Positions 21,414 to 32,318 of a stretch of DNA of 64,000 nt are shown here, piece by piece. This DNA is from an uncultured Calditrichaceae bacterium (lineage in GTDB: Bacteria; Calditrichota; Calditrichia; RBG-13-44-9). The notes beneath the pieces were generated by a model. That model ran no database searches and had not been told where the DNA came from. It worked only from the letters and a program-made list of their open reading frames with translations. Numbering within the stretch: the first letter of the stretch is position 1; every line of letters starts with the position of its first letter. The DNA lies in contig CAZUZS010000015.1 of NCBI GenBank assembly GCA_964624795.1, forward strand, positions 2,663 to 66,662, in the 5' to 3' direction. The position numbers were made by a program, and so were the translations under genes.

Positions 21414-23539
21414 GACGGATTACACACCAGTTTTACGGCTTTGTTCATGTCAATTTTTGTTCCCGCGCTGGGATATTGGGTAACCACAATTCCGTGCCCT
21501 TCGATAGACGGCACTAGGCTGTAGTTCGATAGCACATCGAGCGCTTCTTTCAAAGAAAGCCCTTTTAATGACGGCATCTGAAAGTTCTTGCCAGGCACCG
21601 AGCTGTCCACATAAAGCCTTACTTTTTCGATCTTGCCTTCTTTTAGAATCTCCTCCTGCCTGTAAACATAATCTCCTTTTCCTTTCACATCCACGGCAAC
21701 TCCCCGGTCTTCCAGTTTCCGAACCGCTTCTTCCACCCTGGTCATTTCAACACGGGGAATTGAGTTATCGATTTGCGATTCCGGTAGCGACTCAGACCGG
21801 GCGAGAACCGATGATTCAACCGACGCAATGCTCATGATGCGACGCGCCATTTTCCGGAAAGCGGGGGCCGCCACCAGTCCGCCATAATAAGGGCCTTTAG
21901 GCTGCCGAACCATTACCAGCAAGACAAATTGAGGATCTTCCGCCGGAAAGTAGCCAACAAATGAAGCCAGGTGCTTGCTTCGGTCGTATTTGCCGCTGTT
22001 GGCATCGTAGATCTGGGCGGTACCGGTTTTGCCGGCGATGGTTAGTCCATCCAGCATGGCCAGACTCCCGGTGCCTTCCTGTACTACGCCGCACAGCACC
22101 CCATTGATTAATTGGGTGGTTTCCGGCGAAATAACTTGCCGGATGACGCTTTTGTGATTTTCTTTCAACCATCGGCCGTTTGTTCCCTGCACTTGCTTCA
22201 TCATGTAGGGAGTCAGCAGCGTTCCGCCATTGGCGATTGCCGCATACGCATTAACGAGCTGAAGCGGGGTTACGCCAATTTCATAACCGATGCTCATAAA
22301 GAGCGGCGTGATTTTGGAAAAGGAACTCGGCTCATGCAGGATGCCGGCGCTCTCCCCCGGGAGGTCGACCCCGGTGACCATCCCGAAGCCAAAATTACGT
22401 ACATAGCGGTAGAGCAAATCGCTCTTCACCTGCTGGGCAACTTTCATGGTGCCGATATTGCTCGAATTCTCAATCACTTTGCGAAGGGTCAGCCAGCCGT
22501 ATTTTTTATGATCCATAATGCTCTGGTTGTAAACATTATATCTGCCGTTCTCGCAGAAAAAAATATCTTTGTCCAGGTCCAGATGCAAATTTTCGAGCGC
22601 GGCCGAGAGCACAACAATCTTGAAGGTCGATCCCGGCTCGAAAACATCGACCACTGCCCTGTTTTTGCGGGAAAAGCCCGAAAACCGACCCGGTGAATTC
22701 GGATCGAATTGCGGGTAGTTTGCCAGTCCCAGCAATTCGCCGGTGTGAGGATTCATCAAAATCGCCACGCCTTCCTCTGCTTTGTTATCCTCCACGGCGT
22801 TTTTCAACTCGTCTTCCAGAATCACCTGGTAGTCCATATCCAGAGTCAACATCACATCATACCCATTTACCGGATCTTCACCGGTAAAATCAAGGTCGAG
22901 TAATTGTTTACCCAGCGCATCTCTCTGAAAAATCTTCCAGCCCGGTTTTCCGCGCAGGTATGCATCATACTGGTATTCAATGCCGCCCATGGGTTCATTA
23001 TCAACATTGCAAAAACCAATGACATGAGCGCCGGCCCCCTGGTACGGATAAGAGCGCAGGAACTTTTTTTCCAGCGATAACCCGGGGTCATTGATCTTTG
23101 TCAGGATTTCCCCTTTTTCGGCTTGTACACGATGGGCAATATATGCGAAATCCGGATTCCTTTTGATATCGCGCAAAATGGTGCCGGTTGGTATTCCGAG
23201 ATCATGACTTAGCTGGCTCGCGAGCTTTTGGCGATTCTTTGTTTTATCTCCTTTCACTGCAACCGAATACTGAATGATATCCTTCGCCAGCACCCGGCCC
23301 TGCCGGTCAAAAATGGTTCCCCGCTGCGCCGCAATCGTCTTTTTGCTGTTCCGGTTCCTGCGGGCGAGCTCCTCATAATAATCATGATCCACCACCTGCA
23401 GGATTACCAGTTTAACTCCAATGAGACCAAAAATACAAAAACCTGCAAAGGCCATGAAAATCAGGCGGAAGTTAATCTTCCCCGGCCTGCCATCTCTCTG
23501 GGGCCTGTTATCTCTGTATTTCACGGTCTTTTTCCTCAT
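21410..23539 (-). CDS. ftsI: Penicillin-binding protein FtsI/PBP3 with two C-terminal PASTA domains
   Basis: N-terminal TM segment, PBP dimerisation domain, transpeptidase motifs (STFK, SxN, KTG) and two ~65-aa C-terminal repeats resembling PASTA domains. Confidence 0.92.
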   Translation of the reverse strand: MRKKTVKYRDNRPQRDGRPGKINFRLIFMAFAGFCIFGLIGVKLVILQVVDHDYYEELARRNRNSKKTIAAQRGTIFDRQGRVLAKDIIQYSVAVKGDKTKNRQKLASQLSHDLGIPTGTILRDIKRNPDFAYIAHRVQAEKGEILTKINDPGLSLEKKFLRSYPYQGAGAHVIGFCNVDNEPMGGIEYQYDAYLRGKPGWKIFQRDALGKQLLDLDFTGEDPVNGYDVMLTLDMDYQVILEDELKNAVEDNKAEEGVAILMNPHTGELLGLANYPQFDPNSPGRFSGFSRKNRAVVDVFEPGSTFKIVVLSAALENLHLDLDKDIFFCENGRYNVYNQSIMDHKKYGWLTLRKVIENSSNIGTMKVAQQVKSDLLYRYVRNFGFGMVTGVDLPGESAGILHEPSSFSKITPLFMSIGYEIGVTPLQLVNAYAAIANGGTLLTPYMMKQVQGTNGRWLKENHKSVIRQVISPETTQLINGVLCGVVQEGTGSLAMLDGLTIAGKTGTAQIYDANSGKYDRSKHLASFVGYFPAEDPQFVLLVMVRQPKGPYYGGLVAAPAFRKMARRIMSIASVESSVLARSESLPESQIDNSIPRVEMTRVEEAVRKLEDRGVAVDVKGKGDYVYRQEEILKEGKIEKVRLYVDSSVPGKNFQMPSLKGLSLKEALDVLSNYSLVPSIEGHGIVVTQYPSAGTKIDMNKAVKLVCNPS

Positions 23540-23891
23540 ATTGTTGTACTTTTCTCAAATCCATGGAAAGCTTATTCGGCTTTTCAACCGGATTGATCAT
23601 GCGCAATTTGTTTGTGGCAATCGCGGGCACGCTTCGCACCAATTCGTTCTTAAATTTTTCCAATTGATTATTTTCCGAGGTCAATTCCAGGATTTCTGAC
23701 CGCAGTTGATCCGTTTTCGCCAGGTATGTTCTGATTTCCACGCTTTTCCACTGGTACAAAATAAAGAAAACGGTCACCATGAGAATGCTGACAAAGATAA
23801 TGGTTGCACCGAAAAGGTTGCTGGCAACATTCTTTGCCTGCATCTTGACATGGTATGCCGTCTTTTTACGGGATTTTCGCTGAACCGCCAT
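23508..23891 (-). CDS. ftsL: Cell division protein FtsL-like (single TM segment plus coiled coil)
   Basis: The internal ATG at 23891 gives MAVQRKSRKK..., and its start overlaps the rsmH stop as TAATG. Basic N-terminus, one TM helix, heptad-rich C-terminus. The track ORF is an upstream extension. Confidence 0.7.
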   Translation of the reverse strand: MAVQRKSRKKTAYHVKMQAKNVASNLFGATIIFVSILMVTVFFILYQWKSVEIRTYLAKTDQLRSEILELTSENNQLEKFKNELVRSVPAIATNKLRMINPVEKPNKLSMDLRKVQQYEEKDREIQR

Positions 23892-24841
23892 TATCTTATT
23901 CCCTGGTATGGTACTATTTTCATTGCTGCCCGCAGCCGTGCACTGCGCGCCCGTGGATTCATCTCGATTTCCGCAGGCGAGGGCTGGATAGCTTTGCGCG
24001 TGATCACCTTCATTTCGGAGACTTTGCTGCAAACACATTGCGGAAATTCGGGCGGACAAATACAATCCCGTTCTTTCTCACGAAAAAAGTCCTTCACTAT
24101 TTTCGCCTCCAGCGAATGATATGCAATGACTACCATATTGCCGTTTTCGTCAAGGCACTCAAATGCTTTTTCAAGGGCACTCCGCAGCCTGTTCAGCTCA
24201 TCATTCACTTCAATTCGGATGGCTTGAAAAATTCGCGCCAGCGATTTATTCAGAAATTTGCCGCTGACCATTTTTGCGATCACGGCGGTCAGTTGCGCCG
24301 TGCTCCTAAACGGCTCGGAGTGTCGTGCTTCAACAATTACCCTGGCAATTCTTCCGGAAAACCGTTCTTCACCATATTCACGAAATATCTGTTCCAGTCT
24401 CTCACGTGGGTACTCATTTACCACATCCGCTGCCGTAAGCCTCTGGCTGGTATGAAAGCGCATATCCAAAGGCCCATCCTTTTGAAAAGAAAAACCGCGC
24501 TCATCCGTATCCACGTGATGGGAGGAGATTCCAAGATCGAACAAAAAACCGTTTGCCGGCAACAAATTTTCCTCAACCAGCACTGCATCTAACTGATCAT
24601 AAAAGATTTGCCTGATGATTTTGTTCGGATAGCTCTCCAGCCGGTGCCGGGCGAATTGGACAGCTTCCGGATCCGCATCCAGACAAACCAGCATTCCATT
24701 TTTGTTAATCCTGTTCAGGATCTCCGCCGAGTGGCCTCCTCCTCCGGTAGTGCAATCAACGTAGATTCCATCCGGCTTTTCCACCAGGTAGTCTATTGAG
24801 GCAGTAAGCAGTACCGGTATATGATAGAGTGGTTTCTCCAT
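23891..24841 (-). CDS. rsmH: 16S rRNA (cytosine1402-N4)-methyltransferase
   Basis: SAM-methyltransferase motifs (VDCTTGGGGHS). It occupies the mraW position after mraZ. Confidence 0.95.
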   Translation of the reverse strand: MEKPLYHIPVLLTASIDYLVEKPDGIYVDCTTGGGGHSAEILNRINKNGMLVCLDADPEAVQFARHRLESYPNKIIRQIFYDQLDAVLVEENLLPANGFLFDLGISSHHVDTDERGFSFQKDGPLDMRFHTSQRLTAADVVNEYPRERLEQIFREYGEERFSGRIARVIVEARHSEPFRSTAQLTAVIAKMVSGKFLNKSLARIFQAIRIEVNDELNRLRSALEKAFECLDENGNMVVIAYHSLEAKIVKDFFREKERDCICPPEFPQCVCSKVSEMKVITRKAIQPSPAEIEMNPRARSARLRAAMKIVPYQGIR

Positions 24842-24856
24842 GTGCCCCCACTCATC

Positions 24857-25303
24857 TTAAAAATCAACATATTTAGAATATTCACTGAGCTTGGGTTCCG
24901 AGCTTGCGAAGTAGTCTGAAAGGCTGCCGGGACTCCAGAGCCCAAGCCGTTTGCCAGTGCCCACCATCACAACTTCCTTTTGGAGATTGGCATATTTTAT
25001 CAACTCGGCCGGAATGTTGATACGGCCTTGTTTATCAACCGTCTGAGGAGAAGCGTGAGAATTCATCCACAGGCTCAAGAAAAAATTTGCCTCCCCATCC
25101 TTTACTTCGCGATTCAGTTCCTGCTCCTTTTCTGCCCAAACCTTGATGGGAAACATAGCGATGTAAGGTTTCGTGCCGCGGGTCAGCATGAATTTCTGCT
25201 CCCCATCCTCCAATTTGGCGATCATTTCACGAACTTTTGCCGGAACGTTTATACGCCCCTTTGCATCCAAAACCAATGTATAACTGCCCCAATATCCTTC
25301 CAT
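24857..25303 (-). CDS. mraZ: Transcriptional regulator MraZ
   Basis: Two MraZ repeats (GRINVPAKVR and GRINIPAELI). I chose the ATG at 25303 (MEGYWGSY...). The track begins at an upstream GTG. Confidence 0.9.
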   Translation of the reverse strand: MEGYWGSYTLVLDAKGRINVPAKVREMIAKLEDGEQKFMLTRGTKPYIAMFPIKVWAEKEQELNREVKDGEANFFLSLWMNSHASPQTVDKQGRINIPAELIKYANLQKEVVMVGTGKRLGLWSPGSLSDYFASSEPKLSEYSKYVDF

Positions 25304-25714
25304 CGCCTGCCGTTCTCGTAAAATTTCTGTAACTTTGATGGAAAACGTGCTACTTTGAACCACCCGCACCCATATTTTAACAAATTTTTTCGTAAAAGCA
25401 AGAAATAACTTTCATTTTTCAAAAAAAGTGAGGAGGGATACTTTGGCGAAAATACGCATCGAGAATGACTAAATTAGCAGGCGAAATCAAAGCCCGACAG
25501 GCAGCTTTGTCTGCAAGACTACAAACCTCTTTTCATTGGATCTGTTCAAAGCCTTTTGTCCATATGTTGTTCGAACTCTCATTTCACGACTAACCTCAAG
25601 ATATCGAAATATCATTCAATTATACCACAGGCTCTAATTCCAAAATAAATTTCGTATTCAGATGTGTTCTCTCAATTCTTTTCCCGGCGGCGCTATTACA
25701 CTCAGGCGATTATC

Positions 25715-26788
25715 TTAGATAATATACATTGCGTCACCATAACTGAAAAAGCGGTATTTTTGCCGAACGGCTTCTTCATAGGCCTTTTTCATCAAATTCA
25801 GATTACTGAATGCGGCAACCATCATCAGCAGTGTCGAGCCTGGGAGATGAAAATTGGTCAGCATGTGATCGACGCTTTTAAAATCATACGGCGGGAAGAT
25901 AAATTTTTCGGTCCAGCCTCTTGCCGGGCGAATAAAACCGTGTTGATCGGTGATTGTTTCAAGCACCCGTACGCTGGTGGTGCCAATCGCGATAACCGCT
26001 CCTCCGCGTTGGCGCGTATCGTTTACCAGGCGCGCGCCTTCGGTTTCCACCTCATAATATTCCGATTCCATTTTATGCCGGCTCACATCCTCGACCTGCA
26101 CCGGGCGGAAAGTACCAAGCCCAACATGCAATGTGACTTTGGCAAGCTGTGCTCCATTCAGCTCAATTCGCCGTAAAAGCGTGCTGGTAAAGTGCAGGCC
26201 GGCAGTTGGCGCAGCAACCGCACCGGGCTTTTCGGCATATACGGTCTGGTAGAGTTCCTTGTCAATTTGTTCCGGTTCCCGCTTGATGTACGGCGGCAGC
26301 GGGGTTTGCCCAATCTTTTCCAGCACCTGGAATAAATTCCCATTTGCATTGAACTCGATAATCCTGCCGCCGGACAATGTGTTATCGATGATGTCGCCGG
26401 ACAAATCCTTGTGAAAAACAATCTTGTTTCCAATCCGTACCCGGCGGGCCGGCTTTACCAGTACCTCCCAGGTTTTTCCCTCCAGATTGCGAAGTAAGAA
26501 TATCTCCACCCTGGCACCGGTCTTATCTTTTTTTCCTATAAGACGGGCTGGAAAAACCCGTGTATCATTTAAGACAAGGCAATCATTTGGAGTGATGTAT
26601 TCCACTATATCTGAAAAGCGTCGATGCGCGATTTCACCCGTTTCCCTGTTCACAACCATTAACCGGCACGAGGCGCGATCCTCCAGAGGGTACTGGGCAA
26701 TGAGATCCGCCGGAAGGTCATAATGAAAGTCACTCAGCTTGTGCTTGATCCCATCCACGGAATCAAAATAATTTTTCCTGGATTCCAT
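25715..26788 (-). CDS. queA: S-adenosylmethionine:tRNA ribosyltransferase-isomerase
   Basis: QueA N-terminus [18 protein letters not shown]. Its start overlaps the ruvB 3' end by 26 nt. Confidence 0.9.
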   Translation of the reverse strand: MESRKNYFDSVDGIKHKLSDFHYDLPADLIAQYPLEDRASCRLMVVNRETGEIAHRRFSDIVEYITPNDCLVLNDTRVFPARLIGKKDKTGARVEIFLLRNLEGKTWEVLVKPARRVRIGNKIVFHKDLSGDIIDNTLSGGRIIEFNANGNLFQVLEKIGQTPLPPYIKREPEQIDKELYQTVYAEKPGAVAAPTAGLHFTSTLLRRIELNGAQLAKVTLHVGLGTFRPVQVEDVSRHKMESEYYEVETEGARLVNDTRQRGGAVIAIGTTSVRVLETITDQHGFIRPARGWTEKFIFPPYDFKSVDHMLTNFHLPGSTLLMMVAAFSNLNLMKKAYEEAVRQKYRFFSYGDAMYII

Positions 26789-27785
26789 AATTTTTCATAC
26801 TATAATTAAAGTGATCGTATGCTAGTTTTGTGGCAACTCTCCCGCGCGGCGTCCGTTTTATGAACCCCTCCTGTATCAAAAACGGTTCATAGACTTCTTC
26901 AATGGTCTCGCTCTCTTCACCCACCGCAACCGCAATGGTACCCAAACCGACGGGGCCGCCGTTATATTTCTCAATAATAGTCCTGATAATGCGCTTATCC
27001 ATTTCATCCAGACCTTTTTCATCTACTTCCAACATCTTGAGGCTTTGATCTGCGACCTCTTCTGTAATTTTACCGTCGGCACGAACTTGCGCAAAATCGC
27101 GGGTGCGCCGGAGCAAGCGGTTAGCGATTCGGGGTGTTCCCCTGGCCCGACGGGCTATCTCAAGCGCCCCCGCATCATCAATTTCGATATTCAAAATTTT
27201 CGCAGACCGTTTAACGATTTTCTCCAAATCCGCCGGTTGATAATAGTCGAGCCTGGCGACTACACCAAACCGAGCGCGCATGGGCGATGTCAGCAATCCG
27301 GCGCGAGTGGTGGCGCCAATGAGCGTAAAAAGCGGTAGCTTGATCTGAATGCTGCGCGCGTTTGGACCCCGGTCTATCACAATGTCCAAAGTAAAATCTT
27401 CCATGGCAGAATAAAGATATTCTTCCACTACGTTGTTCAGGCGGTGGACCTCATCGATAAATAGAACATCTTTATCTTTAAGGTTTGTCAATACGCCGGC
27501 CAGGTCGCCCGCTTTGTCGAGAACCGGTCCGGAAGTGGTTCTGATATTGACTGAAAGTTCGTTGGCAATAATGTAAGCAAGGGTAGTTTTCCCGAGTCCC
27601 GGCGGTCCATAGAGCAGCACATGATCCAGAGCATCCCCCCGCTGCCGGGCAGCTTCAATGTAAATCTTCAGATTTTCAATAACCTTCGGTTGGCCGACAA
27701 AATCGTTAAAACTGTGCGGGCGCAAGGATACATCGAATTCCTGCTCATCGCTCAACGGCCGGGGATCTATAATTTCTCTATCCAT
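26763..27785 (-). CDS. ruvB: Holliday junction branch migration ATPase RuvB
   Basis: AAA+ motifs ([17 protein letters not shown]) and RuvB C-terminal winged helix. Confidence 0.97.
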   Translation of the reverse strand: MDREIIDPRPLSDEQEFDVSLRPHSFNDFVGQPKVIENLKIYIEAARQRGDALDHVLLYGPPGLGKTTLAYIIANELSVNIRTTSGPVLDKAGDLAGVLTNLKDKDVLFIDEVHRLNNVVEEYLYSAMEDFTLDIVIDRGPNARSIQIKLPLFTLIGATTRAGLLTSPMRARFGVVARLDYYQPADLEKIVKRSAKILNIEIDDAGALEIARRARGTPRIANRLLRRTRDFAQVRADGKITEEVADQSLKMLEVDEKGLDEMDKRIIRTIIEKYNGGPVGLGTIAVAVGEESETIEEVYEPFLIQEGFIKRTPRGRVATKLAYDHFNYSMKNYGIQEKLF

Positions 27786-27789
27786 TCTT

Positions 27790-28392
27790 TCAGACTTCCT
27801 TCAACGCCAGTTTGATCAAATCTTCCAGCGGCAAACCGTCGGGACTCTTGCGGAGAACTTTTTCGACCGCCCTTCTTGCATCAAACTGCCTGTAGCCCAG
27901 TGTGGTCATAGCCAAAATCGCCTCATCAATAGTATTTCGAACCGGAGTTGAATATCCGGAAAAATCTGCCATTTTTTCCATCTCTGATTCAATTTCGACT
28001 TTTTCTTTTAACTCCAGGATTACACGCTGGGCGGTTTTTTTTCCCACACCCGGCGTTTTGGTCAGGAGTTGGTAGTCCCCCACCGCGATGGCCTGAACGA
28101 GATCCCGGACGGTGAGTCCGGAAAGGATCGTGAGCGCTAATCGCGGCCCGATTCCGCTCACACCAATGAGCTGCCGGAACATCCGGCGTTCTTCCTCATC
28201 CCCAAAGCCATATAACTGCAGCGCGTCCTCCCGAACATGCAGATATGTGAGCATTGTCGCTGAATTTCCTTCGTCTGCCAATTTTTGATAGGTGTTGATG
28301 CTGATAAAAAGACCTATTCCGATTCCATGACAATTAACAACGCAGAAGGTCGGTGATTTCTGCAAAATCTGTCCGGACACCTGTTCAATCAT
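27790..28392 (-). CDS. ruvA: Holliday junction DNA helicase RuvA
   Basis: Start chosen at MIEQVSGQI... (ATG at 28392). HhH motifs ([23 protein letters not shown]). Confidence 0.9.
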   Translation of the reverse strand: MIEQVSGQILQKSPTFCVVNCHGIGIGLFISINTYQKLADEGNSATMLTYLHVREDALQLYGFGDEEERRMFRQLIGVSGIGPRLALTILSGLTVRDLVQAIAVGDYQLLTKTPGVGKKTAQRVILELKEKVEIESEMEKMADFSGYSTPVRNTIDEAILAMTTLGYRQFDARRAVEKVLRKSPDGLPLEDLIKLALKEV

Positions 28393-28553
28393 TATTGGTT
28401 TACCATCTCTCTGCCAAGCTTGCCTGTTTAGCTCACAATATAAAGGATTTAATTCCGAAAGCAACCAGAGGTTGTAATTTTATGTTTTTTCCAGCAGGAA
28501 GTGTATGACAACAAATTTCATCAAGTTCAAATCCGAGCGGAAAATGCAATAAA

Positions 28554-29048
28554 TTAAACACCCTGCATTATCTGTTTTGACTTCAGGCGATGAAAATGAC
28601 AGAGCGCAACAGCCAGGGCGTCGGCTGCATCATCGGGCTGCGGTGGTGAATCCAGCTTCAGCAGATTTTTCACCATGGCCTGAACCTGAATTTTGGAAGC
28701 AGCTCCGAATCCAACAATCGACATTTTAATTTCACGGGGAGAATATTCGGAAACCTCGATCCGGTTTTGGGCAACTGCCAGCATCGCCACCGCTCTGGCA
28801 TGTCCCATTATTATTGCGGTTTTTTTGTTTTGGTGATAGTAAATATTTTCTATTGCACAAAAATCCGGGTGAAATTGCTGGATCACCTTCTCTATCTTTT
28901 GATGAATTGCCAACAGCTTGTCCGAAAATGATGCTGAGTGCGCTACCCGAACTCCTCCAAAAGTAAGGCAACTCAGACCGTCTTCTTCAACTTCAACCAC
29001 TCCGTATCCCGTGCTGCTCAACCCCGGATCGATCCCTAAAATTCTCAA
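28554..29048 (-). CDS. ruvC: Crossover junction endodeoxyribonuclease RuvC
   Basis: RNase-H-fold N-terminus MRILGIDPGL and conserved acidic residues. Confidence 0.93.
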   Translation of the reverse strand: MRILGIDPGLSSTGYGVVEVEEDGLSCLTFGGVRVAHSASFSDKLLAIHQKIEKVIQQFHPDFCAIENIYYHQNKKTAIIMGHARAVAMLAVAQNRIEVSEYSPREIKMSIVGFGAASKIQVQAMVKNLLKLDSPPQPDDAADALAVALCHFHRLKSKQIMQGV

Positions 29049-29063
29049 TCAGACATACCTGTT

Positions 29064-29810
29064 TTATTGCATTTGTTCCATAATCTTTTCATCGATATCA
29101 AAATTGGCAAAAACATCCTGAACATCATCACTGTCCTCCAGGGCATCTACCAATTTGAGCATTTGTTCAGCCTGCTTTCCTTCCAGCTTGATCAGATTTT
29201 GAGGTACCATGGTAATTTCGGCATTATCAATGGTAATTCCTTGTTCTTCCAGAACTGATCTTACTTTATACAGATCTTCGAATTGTGTGTAAATTTCGAA
29301 AAATTCGTCTTCTACTTTCAGATCGTCGGCACCAGCATCAATCGCGGTAAGCAGCAACTCTTCTTCATCATAATTTTCGCTGGGGACCCGAACCAATCCT
29401 TTTTTCTCGAATACCCAACTGACACTTCCGGATTCTCCAAGATTTCCGCCATATTTGCTCAACAGATGCCGGATCTCTGAGACAGTGCGATTCCGGTTAT
29501 CGGTGGTAGCAGTGATGTATATTGCAACCCCACCCGGACCGTACCCTTCAAACGAGAGTTCTTCATAGACCACACCGGGAAGCTCGCCGGTTCCTTTTAA
29601 TATGGCATTTTCGATATTCTTGGCCGGCATATTGGCAGCCTTGGCATTCTGTACCGCAGTGCGCAGCCGCGGATTCGCCTCAAGATCGCCTCCGCCTTCG
29701 CGGGCGGCTATGGTAATTTCCTTGATGAACTTGGTGAATATTTTGCCACGCTGTGCATCCTGCCGTTCCTTACGGAAACGAATGTTTGCCCATTTTGAAT
29801 GACCAGACAT
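29064..29810 (-). CDS. yebC: YebC/PmpR family DNA-binding regulator
   Basis: N-terminus MSGHSKWANI. Conserved synteny with ruvC. Confidence 0.93.
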   Translation of the reverse strand: MSGHSKWANIRFRKERQDAQRGKIFTKFIKEITIAAREGGGDLEANPRLRTAVQNAKAANMPAKNIENAILKGTGELPGVVYEELSFEGYGPGGVAIYITATTDNRNRTVSEIRHLLSKYGGNLGESGSVSWVFEKKGLVRVPSENYDEEELLLTAIDAGADDLKVEDEFFEIYTQFEDLYKVRSVLEEQGITIDNAEITMVPQNLIKLEGKQAEQMLKLVDALEDSDDVQDVFANFDIDEKIMEQMQ

Positions 29811-29843
29811 ATTTTCCTCCAGACAAAGGTGTATGTTAGATTT

Positions 29844-30404
29844 TTAATATTTCACATTCGGGGGGATTGCATTTGTTGAATCGCCGGGAGCAGAACTTTG
29901 AGGATTGCTCCACACTTTCGCCTTCACAATCCAGGCCTTGGGGTATCCCCGGGTTCGAACAATTTCCCGGACTTTTTCCGCCGCTTCGCGATCCTGAAAA
30001 TCTCCCAATCTTACTTTATAATAAGGAGAATCGAATTCCAGATAGAAATTCACGTTTAAATCGCCGAACCGCTCCATTGCAATTTGTTTTGCGCGGTTTG
30101 CGGATTCGATTTCTTTGGTAGAAATAATTTGAATTCGGAATCCGTCTACCAGCCGGTTTTCGATCTCTGCCGGCGGTTGCTCTTTCGGCATTTGAATTGA
30201 TTGGGAAGATTTTGGCTCCTCTTTGGTCTTATCAAAATTAAGGTCCGCATCATTTAGTGTTAACGGATCAAAGGATTCATTCATTTTTTCGGTTTTTTCT
30301 GCCGGCAGCTCCGGTTTTTTCTCCTTCTTGGAGCCGGCACAGCTTCCCAATAACAGCATCAACAGACTTACACAAATTATTTTAATTACAGTTTTCAGCA
30401 TCAA
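29844..30404 (-). CDS. SPOR-domain lipoprotein
   Basis: Lipobox LLLGSC, a low-complexity linker, then a C-terminal SPOR-like peptidoglycan-binding repeat (FRIQIISTKE...YKVRLGDFQDREAA). Confidence 0.75.
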   Translation of the reverse strand: MMLKTVIKIICVSLLMLLLGSCAGSKKEKKPELPAEKTEKMNESFDPLTLNDADLNFDKTKEEPKSSQSIQMPKEQPPAEIENRLVDGFRIQIISTKEIESANRAKQIAMERFGDLNVNFYLEFDSPYYKVRLGDFQDREAAEKVREIVRTRGYPKAWIVKAKVWSNPQSSAPGDSTNAIPPNVKY

Positions 30405-30768
30405 ATATCCTTTATCAGGCTATAATTTTTGAGAAATTAAAATAAATTCACAGGTATTTCAAGGGAAATATTTTTAGTGGCAGGTGGTACAAATAGTCAA
30501 CATATTTTATATTTGACATATCCGGTAGCAACCCGGCAATTCGTCCGCAGGCAAAGCATGGGATTGTTTGCGCAGAAGCATTTGGGGCCAACGTCATTGC
30601 TTCGTGTGGAAATGGAATCCTGGAATGACAGAAAAATGGGATGGTTCGGCCATAATCAATGCCACATTTTCCCCCTCACCACCAAAAAAAAGTTGCCTCG
30701 GCCGAATATTCGCCATAGCTTTGATGCCGTAAGAGCGAATCAGGTATTTAATTAGAGGATTCTTAATA

Positions 30769-31941
30769 ATGCATTCAGTTTACCTCGACCACTGCGCAAC
30801 AACTCCGCAAGATCCGAAGGTGACGGAGGCGATGATGCCCTATTTCTCAGAAATGTGCGGAAATCCCTCAAGCCTTCATCATTTCGGGAATGAAGCCCGC
30901 GCGGCAGTGGAACGGGCACGCAAGACAATAGCCCATTCAATACACGCAAGGGAAAATGAGATATATTTTGTCAGCAGCGGCACTGAGGCCGACAACCTGG
31001 CCCTAAAAGGAATTGCATACGTAAACCGAAAAAACGGAAACCATATTATCACCAGCCGGGCAGAACACAGCGCGGTTTTAGAGAGTTGCCGGGCATTAGA
31101 AAATGAAGGCTTTGAGGTCACATACCTGGATGTTGACAAAAATGCGCAAGTTGACCCGGATGACATTCGCCAGGCAATTTCGAAAGACACCATTCTGGTC
31201 TCCATCATGCACGCGAACAACGAGGTTGGTACCGTAAACAATATTCAGCAAATTGGTAAAATTGCGCGTAACGGCGGATGCTATTTTCATACTGATGCGG
31301 TCCAAAGTTTCGGGAAAGCGCCGATCGATGTGGAAAAATCCCAGATCGATCTTCTTTCCATATCGGGGCACAAGATTCATGGTCCAAAAGGTGTTGGTGC
31401 ACTCTACATCAGGCAGGGTGTGCAGTTGGCAAAGCTCATGCATGGTGGCAGACACGAAAGGAACAAGCGTGCCGGTTCCGAAAATGTGCCGGGAATAGTC
31501 GGCCTCGGGAAAGCCGCCACACTATGTATGGAAAATCATGCAGAAGAGTCGCAGCGCATTGGCGAACTAAGAGATTATTTTCAGGATGAGTTGATTACCC
31601 GCTTCAGCGGAATTCACATAAATGGACATCCGGAACAAAGATTATATCACCACCTGAGTGTCTCATTCGAAGGATGTGAGGCGGATGCGCTTCTCCTCAG
31701 CCTGGATATGGAGGGTATTGCAGCCTCCGCCGGTGCCGCGTGTTCTTCGGGATCGTTGCAGCCTTCCCATGTTTTGAAGGCCATGCGATTGACCAACCAG
31801 CTTGTTTATTCCACCCTGCGGTTTAGCTTGGGAAGATGGAATACCAGGGAAGAGATAGATTTTGTGCTGGAGAAACTGGATAAAATCGTCCCCCGATTGC
31901 GCCAGATTTCGCATTTCAGCACAGGGCGCAAAAGTGCCTGA
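30769..31941 (+). CDS. nifS: Cysteine desulfurase (NifS/IscS class)
   Basis: PLP-dependent class V aminotransferase fold with the SGHKIHGPKG lysine motif and the active-site-loop AGAACSSG cysteine. Confidence 0.93.
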   Translation: MHSVYLDHCATTPQDPKVTEAMMPYFSEMCGNPSSLHHFGNEARAAVERARKTIAHSIHARENEIYFVSSGTEADNLALKGIAYVNRKNGNHIITSRAEHSAVLESCRALENEGFEVTYLDVDKNAQVDPDDIRQAISKDTILVSIMHANNEVGTVNNIQQIGKIARNGGCYFHTDAVQSFGKAPIDVEKSQIDLLSISGHKIHGPKGVGALYIRQGVQLAKLMHGGRHERNKRAGSENVPGIVGLGKAATLCMENHAEESQRIGELRDYFQDELITRFSGIHINGHPEQRLYHHLSVSFEGCEADALLLSLDMEGIAASAGAACSSGSLQPSHVLKAMRLTNQLVYSTLRFSLGRWNTREEIDFVLEKLDKIVPRLRQISHFSTGRKSA

Positions 31942-31976
31942 TTGGCGGGGAGTGATTTATACTCCGATCCGCTCGG

Positions 31977-32318
31977 CTATAATATTTCATCGATTCGGGA
32001 AGCGGGCCGCGCCAAGACTGCCTTTCCGCGGCTCTCAACAATCGGCCGCTGCAAAAGTTTGGGATGTTCGGCCGCTATCCTCGCAAACTCTTCGATGCTC
32101 AGGTTCCTGTCTTTTAATCCAAGTTCCTTATACTCTTTCTCATTCTTGCGAATAAAATTTTCAAGTGGTTCTCCGCTTAATTTTATCACCCGGGCCAATT
32201 CCGTGGGATCGAATCCGTCTTTTGTGTAATCAATTATCTCCGGCTGAATATTTTTATCCTGCAAGTACTGTAATCCTTCCCGGCTTTTCCGACAACGGGG
32301 ATTATGCCAAATTTTCAT
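31977..32318 (-). CDS. ArsC/Spx-family thioredoxin-fold protein (YffB-like)
   Basis: N-terminal MKIWHNPRCRKSR with a single Cys in the CxxS/R context. Confidence 0.8.
   Translation of the reverse strand: MKIWHNPRCRKSREGLQYLQDKNIQPEIIDYTKDGFDPTELARVIKLSGEPLENFIRKNEKEYKELGLKDRNLSIEEFARIAAEHPKLLQRPIVESRGKAVLARPASRIDEIL

Noticed and set aside
25370-25450. MraZ operator repeats (TGGGN direct repeats) upstream of mraZ
   Set aside because: There are only loose GTGCG/GGTGG matches and no clear triple direct repeat with 10-bp phasing. No MraZ operator could be identified.
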